This document shows positions 54,242 through 61,660 of a DNA stretch of 61,660 nucleotides, in pieces. The notes below the pieces were generated by a model, which saw only the letters and a program-made list of their open reading frames with translations, did not search any database and was not told where the DNA came from. The translations under genes and the position numbers were made by a program. This DNA comes from Bacteroidota bacterium (lineage in GTDB: Bacteria > Bacteroidota > Bacteroidia > AKYH767-A > OLB10): assembly GCA_031411335.1 (NCBI GenBank), contig JANOAX010000264.1, positions 1 through 61,660 of the forward strand, read 5' to 3'. The first letter of the stretch is position 1. Every line of letters starts with the position of its first letter.

Positions 54242-55906
54242 ATGAGTACAGAAAAAGGCCCCAATTTCTTAGCCGAAATTATAGCAGAGGATGTTAAAAA
54301 TGGTAAACACGGAGGAAGAGTGCTTACTCGTTTTCCTCCGGAACCCAATGGCTATTTGCACATTGGACATTCAAAATCGATTTGTTTAAACTTTGGCATC
54401 GCTCAACAGTTTGGAGGAAAGACAAATTTGCGTTTTGATGATACGAATCCTGAAAAAGAAGAAACGGAATATGTAGATAGCATTAAAGCCGATATTAAAT
54501 GGTTAGGTTTCGAATGGGCGAATGAGTTTTACGCTTCCGATTATTTCCCGAAGCTATATGCTTTTGCGGTTCGACTCATCGAAAAAAATTTAGCGTATGT
54601 AGACGACAGCAGTGCAGAAGAAATTGCGAATATGAAAGGTTCTCCTACCGCACCTGGAATGGAAAGCCCGTATCGTTCACGTACTACAGAAGAGAATTTA
54701 GATTTATTTGCGCGTATGCGTAAAGGAGAATTTAAAGACGGAGAAAAAGTGTTGCGTGCAAGAATTGATATGGCATCACCGAACATGCATTTCCGTGATC
54801 CCATATTGTATCGCATCAAACATACCGATCATCATCGCACAGGAAGCGAATGGTGTATTTATCCGATGTACGATTTTGCACACGGACAAAGTGATGCCAT
54901 CGAAGAAATTACTCATTCTATTTGTACACTAGAGTTTGAAGTTCATCGCCCATTGTACGAATGGTTCATCAGTAAATTAGAATTGTTTCCAAGCCACCAG
55001 TATGAGTTTGCTCGACTCAATTTGAATTACACGGTGATGAGCAAACGAAAATTATTGCAATTAGTAAATGATAAACATGTGAGTGGATGGGACGATCCGC
55101 GCATGCCGACGATTAGCGCATTGCGAAGACGTGGTTATACACCCGAGAGCATTCGCAACTTTGCGGAGCGTGTAGGTGTAGCGCGAAGAGAAAATATTAT
55201 TGATGTAGGATTGTTAGAGTTCTGCGTTCGTGAAGACCTTAACAAAAAAGCTACACGTGTGATGGCCGTTTTAGATCCACTGAAGATGATTATCGAAAAT
55301 TATCCGGAAGGAAAATCGGAAATGCTCACTACCGATAATAATACTGAAAATGAAAATGCAGGCACTCGCGAAATTCCATTCAGCAGAGAATTGTTTATTG
55401 AAGCGGATGATTTCATGGAAACACCCGAGAAAAAATTTTTCCGTCTGGCTCCTGGGAAGATGGTAAGATTGAAAAGTGCGTTCATTGTAGAGTGTACCGA
55501 TTTTGAAAAAGATGAAAATGGAAAAGTTTCGTTAATCCGTGCCCGTTATGTTCCCGAGAGCAAAAGTGGACAAGATACCAGCGGACTTCAAGTGAAGGGC
55601 GTTATACATTGGGTGAGCGCACTACACGCTGTTCCTGCGGAGATAAGATTGTATGAACGATTATTTAATGTAGAAGATCCTTCGAGCGAAGAAGGCGATT
55701 TTAAAGAATACATAAACCCCGATAGTTTGCACATATTAAAAAATGCCGTGCTTGAACCTTCTCTTAAAGAAGCTCAGCCTGGAATGCTTTATCAATTTAT
55801 GCGCAAAGGGTATTTCACTCCAGATACAGAAAGCTCATCAGAGAAGTTAGTTTTCAATAGGACGGTAACATTGAAAGATAGTTTTGTGAAGGATAAAGTG
55901 AAATAG
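54242..55906 (+). CDS. glnS: Glutamine--tRNA ligase
   Basis: 554 aa with RFPPEPNGYLHIGH (HIGH), VMSKRK (KMSKS-type) and GlnRS-specific blocks (DDTNPEKEE, YDFAHGQSDAIE). Confidence 0.95.
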   Translation: MSTEKGPNFLAEIIAEDVKNGKHGGRVLTRFPPEPNGYLHIGHSKSICLNFGIAQQFGGKTNLRFDDTNPEKEETEYVDSIKADIKWLGFEWANEFYASDYFPKLYAFAVRLIEKNLAYVDDSSAEEIANMKGSPTAPGMESPYRSRTTEENLDLFARMRKGEFKDGEKVLRARIDMASPNMHFRDPILYRIKHTDHHRTGSEWCIYPMYDFAHGQSDAIEEITHSICTLEFEVHRPLYEWFISKLELFPSHQYEFARLNLNYTVMSKRKLLQLVNDKHVSGWDDPRMPTISALRRRGYTPESIRNFAERVGVARRENIIDVGLLEFCVREDLNKKATRVMAVLDPLKMIIENYPEGKSEMLTTDNNTENENAGTREIPFSRELFIEADDFMETPEKKFFRLAPGKMVRLKSAFIVECTDFEKDENGKVSLIRARYVPESKSGQDTSGLQVKGVIHWVSALHAVPAEIRLYERLFNVEDPSSEEGDFKEYINPDSLHILKNAVLEPSLKEAQPGMLYQFMRKGYFTPDTESSSEKLVFNRTVTLKDSFVKDKVK

Positions 55907-56001
55907 TACATTTACTGGATGAAGTGTGAATAATTTGAAAGATCGAAGAATGGATCTTTATCGTTTAGACAGAGAGATTGAAATTAAAGAAAAGGTATAA
56001 T

Positions 56002-56817
56002 TTAGATTTCCTTTGATAGATGCACCACTCTTTGCGGAAAGGGAATAATAATTTTATTTTCTCTAAATAGTTCAAAGATTTTTATTCGTGTATTGCTTAA
56101 AATATTTTCTACTCGGAAAACATTTTCAGTCCAGAAGAAGACGGTAAAATTAATTCGTGATTCGCCATATTCTTCAAAACGAACAAAGGGCTCTGGTATT
56201 TTTAAAATGTTGTCCTGTGCCACTGCCGCCTCTTTCATTAATTTCATTACTAGCTTTATGTCTGAATTATAGTCTACACCAACCGTAACATCAAAACGAG
56301 AGGCTTTTTTGTTGTGTGTCCAATTGATGAGTTGAAGTCGCGTTAAATCGGAATTAGGTAAGATGATGTATTTTTCTGAACGAGTAAAAACAGTGGTCGT
56401 TCTTAAGTTAATTTCTTGAACTCGACACACCAACCCATTTACTTCAATTACGTCGTCCACTTTAACAGAACCATCAACCAAAATAATTATTCCAGAAACA
56501 AAATCACTGAATAAATTTTGTAGGCCTAGACCAATTCCAACCAAAAGTGCAGCAGAACCAGCAATGAGTACCGACAAACTAAATCCCATCAGCTCTAGCC
56601 CAACAACAAACGCGATTACGAGTAAGAAATATTTGAGCAAGCTATAGATCGCAAATTTCTTTGCTAAATCATGGGACTTCGTGCTATAAATAAGTCGTTT
56701 AATAATTTGTAAAACAACAAATACAGATAGAAAATAAACTAAAATATATAAAATGGAAATTACTTTTATGGTATGATCTCCTAGCTGAAATAGCGTGGAA
56801 TTTAATAGATCGATCAT
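56002..56817 (-). CDS. mscS: Small-conductance mechanosensitive channel (MscS family)
   Basis: 271 aa with three N-terminal TM helices. The pore-helix/beta-domain motif reads GLGLQNLFSDFVSGIIILVDGSVKVDDVIEV. Confidence 0.85.
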   Translation of the reverse strand: MIDLLNSTLFQLGDHTIKVISILYILVYFLSVFVVLQIIKRLIYSTKSHDLAKKFAIYSLLKYFLLVIAFVVGLELMGFSLSVLIAGSAALLVGIGLGLQNLFSDFVSGIIILVDGSVKVDDVIEVNGLVCRVQEINLRTTTVFTRSEKYIILPNSDLTRLQLINWTHNKKASRFDVTVGVDYNSDIKLVMKLMKEAAVAQDNILKIPEPFVRFEEYGESRINFTVFFWTENVFRVENILSNTRIKIFELFRENKIIIPFPQRVVHLSKEI

Positions 56818-56951
56818 CGTTTGTTATGGAGTTGTTTACCTAACGATGAAAGTAGTAATAATTTTATTAGTTCTGCACCAATTATAGTATAAAATTTGTT
56901 TTTATATTTTGGATAATGGAATAATTGAGATGATGAGCTATTTATATAAAT

Positions 56952-56986
56952 AAAAAAACGCGCCCTATCGTTAGAAGGTCGCGCTC
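56952..56986 (-). terminator. Rho-independent terminator after the SulP/carbonic-anhydrase operon
   Basis: The minus strand reads AGCGCGACC-ttctaacgata-GGGCGCG followed by TTTTTTT. It lies about 25 nt downstream of the carbonic anhydrase stop. Confidence 0.7.
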
Positions 56987-57009
56987 TTTAAGTAAAATGT
57001 TGTATAATG

Positions 57010-57651
57010 CTATTTAATTATCGTCGCATCGTCATAAAACTCCACCTCTCCTGACGATACATCGTAATTACCGCCTGCAATTCCGATGGCTCCTGCTTCA
57101 ACCATTTCTTTTAATATGGGACTTCTTTCCAAAATAGCTCTTACTGATCTTTTCACATTAATGGATGCTACCTTTTCAACGAAAACATCATTCTTTGAAT
57201 TACGATTTTCTTTTGTAGTCATTTCATCGTCAACAGCAGGACGAATTTTGGTAAGTAGAGCAGTTAAGTTTCCCATCTCAACATGATCGCAGGCACCTTT
57301 AACCGCTCCGCACTTCGTATGTCCTAATACAACAACAATTTTCGCACCAGCAACCTTACATGCAAATTCCATACTTCCAAGCACATCTTCATTCACAATA
57401 TTTCCTGCTATACGAACGCTGAAAACATCACCCAATCCTTGGTCAAAGATCAATTCTGCTGAGGTGCGTGAGTCGATGCAACTGAGAATAACAGCAAAGG
57501 GATGTTGTCCGTCGGACGTTTCATTCGCCTGCTGTAATAAGTTGCGATTCACTTTTAGATTATTAGTAAATCGAGCGTTTCCAGCTTTTAGTATTTCAAG
57601 TGCTTGAGCGGGAGTTATAGAATCTTGAATTTCTTTAGTTAATGTTTTCAT
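57010..57651 (-). CDS. Beta-class carbonic anhydrase
   Basis: 213 aa with zinc ligand motifs SCIDSR and GHTKCGAV, plus the FSVRIAGN block. Confidence 0.9.
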   Translation of the reverse strand: MKTLTKEIQDSITPAQALEILKAGNARFTNNLKVNRNLLQQANETSDGQHPFAVILSCIDSRTSAELIFDQGLGDVFSVRIAGNIVNEDVLGSMEFACKVAGAKIVVVLGHTKCGAVKGACDHVEMGNLTALLTKIRPAVDDEMTTKENRNSKNDVFVEKVASINVKRSVRAILERSPILKEMVEAGAIGIAGGNYDVSSGEVEFYDDATIIK

Positions 57652-57660
57652 CTTTTTATT

Positions 57661-59214
57661 TTAATTAAAGGGTTGAGAAGGATTAATTAATTTTTCAACG
57701 AGAATGTTTTTCGTTAGCGCATTTTGTTCGAAGTCATTAATGAGTTCAACAACATCAAAAGAAATGGCCTTAGACTTTGTAAAATCAATAATAACTTTTG
57801 AGTTTTCGGGGATCGCATCTAATGCCTGAAGGATACTTGCCTTATTGAAAAACGAAACTTCTTCAGCAAGGGAAATTCGATGAACTTCATGGCCATTCTC
57901 CTTAGTAATGACATCATATAGATGGGAGTTTCTATAGCTTTCTCGTAACACATAAAAGATACCGAAGAGGATTCCAATTGTGATTCCTTTTAATAGATCC
58001 GTTAATAGAATGCCGACAACAGTAGCAATAAAGGGAATGAACTGCGTCCAACCCAATTGGTACATCTGTTTAAACAAACTGGGCTTCGCTAATTTATATC
58101 CTACCATCAATAGGATGGCAGCTAAACTGGCTAGAGGAAGCATATTTAAAACACTTGCAATCGTGATAGCGCTTATTAATAAGAATACACCATGTAATAT
58201 CGCAGAAAATTTAGTTTTTCCTCCGAAATTAATATTAGCCGAACTTCTTACAATTACTTGTGTAATGGGAAGTCCTCCGATAAGACCTGAAATAACATTT
58301 CCCAATCCTTGTGCTTTTAATTCGCGATTTGTTGGCGTAACTCTTTTGAGTGGATCCATTTTATCGGTGGCCTCCACACATAATAAAGTTTCTAAACTGG
58401 CAACAATTGCTAAAACAATGGCTACACCGTAAACATCGGGATTCGTAATAGCAGAAAAATCAGGTAGCGTAAATTGACTAACAAAACTTCCAAAATTATC
58501 AGGAACCGGGATGTTCACTAATTGATCTTTATTCAATGTAAAGTTTAAAACACCTGAAGCATATAATTTACTCATGATAATACCAAGCACCACTACTACT
58601 ATTGGTCCTTGGAGAAGTTGAAAGATCTTATGTTTCTTTGTTAGTACAGTGTCCCATAAAATTAATAGCGCTAGAGAAATCGCAGAAATTAAAAATGCTC
58701 CAGGTGTAATATAGTCAAGTGCACTTCCAATGGCAGAAAAAGTATTTTCACCATCGCTTTGCAAAAAAGCATCGTCGCCTTCAACATCTTTATCATATCC
58801 TAGGGCATGCGGTATTTGTTTTAATATAATGAGGAGTCCAATGCCCGTCAACATTCCTTTTATTACTGAAGAAGGAAAGAAGTAAGCAATAAAACCTGCT
58901 TTTGCATAGCCAAGTATAAGCTGTATAATCCCTGCAATCACTACCGCCAGCAAGAACGCTGGCCAAGAACCCAATGTTGAAATGGCGGTTAAAACGATCA
59001 CCGCTAATCCAGCTGCTGGTCCGCTTACTCCCAAGGGCGAACCACTCGCCACTCCTACTACAATTCCACCAATAATTCCGGCAATGATTCCAGCAAATAA
59101 AGGTGCCCCAGAGGCTAAGGCGATTCCTAAACACAGCGGCACAGCTACAAAAAATACGACTATACTCGCCGGCAAATCATTTTTAATCTCTTTCAGTAAT
59201 CCTTGTTTTTCCAC
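57661..59214 (-). CDS. SulP-family anion (bicarbonate/sulfate) transporter with a C-terminal STAS domain
   Basis: 517 aa, polytopic, with SulP blocks (GIIAGIIGGIVVG, ELKAQGLGNVISGLIGGLP) and a soluble STAS-like tail. It is separated by 9 nt from the carbonic anhydrase gene. Confidence 0.9.
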   Translation of the reverse strand: MEKQGLLKEIKNDLPASIVVFFVAVPLCLGIALASGAPLFAGIIAGIIGGIVVGVASGSPLGVSGPAAGLAVIVLTAISTLGSWPAFLLAVVIAGIIQLILGYAKAGFIAYFFPSSVIKGMLTGIGLLIILKQIPHALGYDKDVEGDDAFLQSDGENTFSAIGSALDYITPGAFLISAISLALLILWDTVLTKKHKIFQLLQGPIVVVVLGIIMSKLYASGVLNFTLNKDQLVNIPVPDNFGSFVSQFTLPDFSAITNPDVYGVAIVLAIVASLETLLCVEATDKMDPLKRVTPTNRELKAQGLGNVISGLIGGLPITQVIVRSSANINFGGKTKFSAILHGVFLLISAITIASVLNMLPLASLAAILLMVGYKLAKPSLFKQMYQLGWTQFIPFIATVVGILLTDLLKGITIGILFGIFYVLRESYRNSHLYDVITKENGHEVHRISLAEEVSFFNKASILQALDAIPENSKVIIDFTKSKAISFDVVELINDFEQNALTKNILVEKLINPSQPFN

Positions 59215-59342
59215 TTTCTATCAAATTAATTTCTGCAAAGATAGTAATACTATCACGAGTAATTGTAAAACTTTCTTACTTTTGTAAAATTAATCACACA
59301 AAATCTATTAAATAGTTGATATTCAATATATAAATTGTAAAA

Positions 59343-60017
59343 ATGGAATACTCATTAAATATAAAAATGAATGAAAAATTGTTTTTGCGCAATCCTGAGC
59401 AAACGGATTTAGGTAAAAACATCATTCTTTTTAGTATTCAATTAATCCATGAAAAAGGATTTGAGGATTTCACATTTAAGAAACTGGCAGTAGCAATCGG
59501 AACGACAGAGGCTGGGATTTATCGTTATTTTGAAAACAAGCACAAGCTTCTTATTTATATAACGGCGTGGTATTGGAGCTGGTTGGAATTTCGAGTAATT
59601 ACTTATACAGAGAACATTTCGGATCCTATAGAGAAGTTAAGAAAGGCAATTAAATTTTTAGCAACTTCGGTAGAAGATGATATTCGAACGAGCCATGTGA
59701 ATGAAAGTATTTTACATCAAATTATTATTTCAGAAGGAAGTAAAGCTTATTTAACAAAGCACGTCACTGAAGATAACCAAGACCAGTTTTTCAAACCCTA
59801 TAAAGATTTATGCGCGACCATCGGAAATTATATTTTGGATTGCAATCCAGATTATAAATATCCACGTTCGTTAGCAACTACGATTATTGAAATGGCACAC
59901 ATTCAAAATTTCTTTATGCAACACTTACCTGCATTAACTGATTTTGGAAAAAGTAAAAGTGAATCTAATATTTTAGATTTCTTGGAAGACCTCGTTTTTC
60001 ATGCGATAAAGAAATAG
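59343..60017 (+). CDS. TetR/AcrR-family transcriptional regulator
   Basis: 224 aa with an N-terminal HTH (KGFEDFTFKKLAVAIGTTEAGIYRYFENKHKLL) and a helical ligand domain. Confidence 0.85.
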   Translation: MEYSLNIKMNEKLFLRNPEQTDLGKNIILFSIQLIHEKGFEDFTFKKLAVAIGTTEAGIYRYFENKHKLLIYITAWYWSWLEFRVITYTENISDPIEKLRKAIKFLATSVEDDIRTSHVNESILHQIIISEGSKAYLTKHVTEDNQDQFFKPYKDLCATIGNYILDCNPDYKYPRSLATTIIEMAHIQNFFMQHLPALTDFGKSKSESNILDFLEDLVFHAIKK

Positions 60018-60060
60018 TTGTAAATCCTTAGTGAATCGAAAGCAAGAAAAAATAATCTAT

Positions 60061-60825
60061 TTATTTCACCCGAACATAAACAAGTTTTATCGACTTATTA
60101 TCGGTTGCTCTTTCATCAATTTCAAATTTTCCAATACTCTTTAACAACAAGGCTAATTTCATATACCCAAAATTTCTAGGATCGAAGGACGGTTGTTTTT
60201 TCAAAATTAAATTTCCTACGTCGCCCAAGAAAGCCCAACCACTATCATCACCTAAAGAAGTAATGCTGGTTGAAATAAGTTGGATAGTATCGTGACCAAT
60301 TTTTTGCAGCGCTTCTTTGCTTTCACTTTTCTTTTTCTTTTGATTTTTTCCTCCTGGGGAAGAGACTTCTACGACTTCTTCCGGAACTTTTAAAATTTCT
60401 AGGTATATAAATTTATCGCAAGCTACAATAAACGGATTTGGCGTTTTCTTTTCTCCTAATCCAATCACAAGCATTCCGGCTTCACGTAATCGTGTCGCTA
60501 ATCTTGTAAAATCACTGTCACTGGAAACAATACAAAAACCATCTACCTTTTCAGAATAGAGGATGTCCATGGCATCAATAATCATATTGGAATCCGTAGA
60601 ATTCTTTCCTTTCGTATATCCATACTGTTGAATAGGTGTAATTGCATTTTCAAGCAACACTCTTTTCCATCCACCCAAATTGGGCTGCGTCCAGTCGCCA
60701 TAAATTCTTTTAAAAGTAGGCGTACCATACTTTGCAATCTCCTCCATCATTTCTTTAATGTTGGTGGAGGGAATATTATCAGCATCGATTAAAACGGCAA
60801 TGCGGACTTCTTTATTTTCTTTCAT
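60061..60825 (-). CDS. NYN-domain (LabA/DUF88-like) protein with a C-terminal OST-HTH/LOTUS domain
   Basis: 254 aa with a NYN/PIN-like acidic core (IAVLIDADN ... CIVSSDSDFTRLATRLREAG). A K-rich linker and a C-terminal LOTUS-like module (GWAFLGDVGNLILKKQPSFDPRNFGYMKL) follow. Confidence 0.8.
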   Translation of the reverse strand: MKENKEVRIAVLIDADNIPSTNIKEMMEEIAKYGTPTFKRIYGDWTQPNLGGWKRVLLENAITPIQQYGYTKGKNSTDSNMIIDAMDILYSEKVDGFCIVSSDSDFTRLATRLREAGMLVIGLGEKKTPNPFIVACDKFIYLEILKVPEEVVEVSSPGGKNQKKKKSESKEALQKIGHDTIQLISTSITSLGDDSGWAFLGDVGNLILKKQPSFDPRNFGYMKLALLLKSIGKFEIDERATDNKSIKLVYVRVK

Positions 60826-60903
60826 TTTTTGATTTTCTTTTGAATAAATATTTCAAATATATTTTTTGTATAGATATAAATTGAAATAGTTTTGTTTTGA
60901 TAA

Positions 60904-61503
60904 TTAATAAGCATGTTTACCTACCGACCACCCTTTTGTTTTTAAAAATTTATTACCGGATTCAATGGCTCCTGCTTCCATTTGCGTACCCATTGAATCA
61001 TTCCATCGATTTAAAAATCCGAAGAGTGCAACCACTCCTAAAATTTCTACAATTTCTCCTTCGTCCCAATGTTTGCGAAGGGTATTTGCAATTTCATCAT
61101 TCACTGCATTTGGAATTACAGAGGCTGCGAATGCAAAATCTAACGCTGCTCTTTCTGCATCCGAAAAATAAGGATGTGTTTTATACTCCCAAATATTTTC
61201 CAATTGATTTACTTCAGCACCGTATCGTTCAGCAGCACGAATGGTATGTGCTTGACAATAGTTGCATCCTGCCGTGAAACTACTGATGTATCCTATCAAT
61301 CGTTTCAATGCACTTGTCACGCGCCCTTTATTTTCCATCACCGCTTTATTCATTTCAATAAACGAAGTAGCGATAATAGGTCGGTGATGCATAGTCATAA
61401 CACTGTTTGGACAAAAGCCTAGCGTTTCATTATAAAAGGCAATTAGCTTTTGAAGTTCAGGATCATTCACACTCGACTTCGGATTAACCAATGGTTGCTT
61501 CAT
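60904..61503 (-). CDS. Carboxymuconolactone decarboxylase/AhpD-like peroxidase-related protein
   Basis: 199 aa with the AhpD-type CxxC motif (AGCNYCQAH) and a helical fold pattern. Confidence 0.7.
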   Translation of the reverse strand: MKQPLVNPKSSVNDPELQKLIAFYNETLGFCPNSVMTMHHRPIIATSFIEMNKAVMENKGRVTSALKRLIGYISSFTAGCNYCQAHTIRAAERYGAEVNQLENIWEYKTHPYFSDAERAALDFAFAASVIPNAVNDEIANTLRKHWDEGEIVEILGVVALFGFLNRWNDSMGTQMEAGAIESGNKFLKTKGWSVGKHAY

Positions 61504-61660
61504 CTTATTTTCTTTGTAAATTTTAGTCTAAAGTAATAAAGGTCTATTGAATAAGTAATAAGAATTTGATTTATTATAACCAAGATATTACTTTCAGGGA
61601 TACCCATGCAATCAAAATAGTCGAGTTTAAAATAATTTCGTGCACAATATTTATTATGTG

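Noticed and set aside
53713-54348. ORFs 53713..53931, 53899..54105 and 53965..54348 in the gltX-glnS spacer
   Set aside because: They run across the GC-rich REP-like hairpins (for example the PLPSPGERA translation of the GCCCTCTCC/GGAGAGGGC stem), overlap each other on opposite strands and lack any family features. They are most likely non-coding.

Overview
AT-rich chromosomal segment that looks like Bacteroidota. Supporting signs are T9SS-type C-terminal sorting tails, lipoprotein and signal peptides, A-rich rather than Shine-Dalgarno start contexts, and TAnnTTTG-like -7 boxes. Most of the window is ordinary housekeeping and accessory content: mnmG, ybeY, nadA, gltX, glnS, a CzcCBA-type heavy-metal efflux cluster with its regulator and His-rich proteins, a PAS histidine kinase with a receiver, a SulP/beta-carbonic anhydrase pair, an MscS channel, and TetR, Crp and DtxR regulators. 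The stand-out region is a roughly 12 kb minus-strand operon (about 5535-17821). Its type I restriction-modification genes hsdR, hsdS and hsdM are separated from one another by other genes that are translationally coupled to them. These are a DUF3800 protein, a very unusual 214-aa repeat ORF, an OLD/PARIS-like ABC-ATPase-TOPRIM fusion and a Septu-like AAA-ATPase + HNH pair. A terminal 330-aa protein carries a HEPN-like Rx5H motif. The repeat ORF (13400-14044) is the least explicable element. It has ten frame-preserving repeats, and each contains two hexamers 11 nt apart that co-vary at the nucleotide level although they sit in different codon phases. A second candidate for undescribed biology is an eight-gene, overlap-coupled operon (32195-37597: YHS, DoxX, OM barrel, DinB, NRDE, ATP-grasp, LysE, Crp). 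All family calls come from motif recognition by eye; no database search or computation was run.
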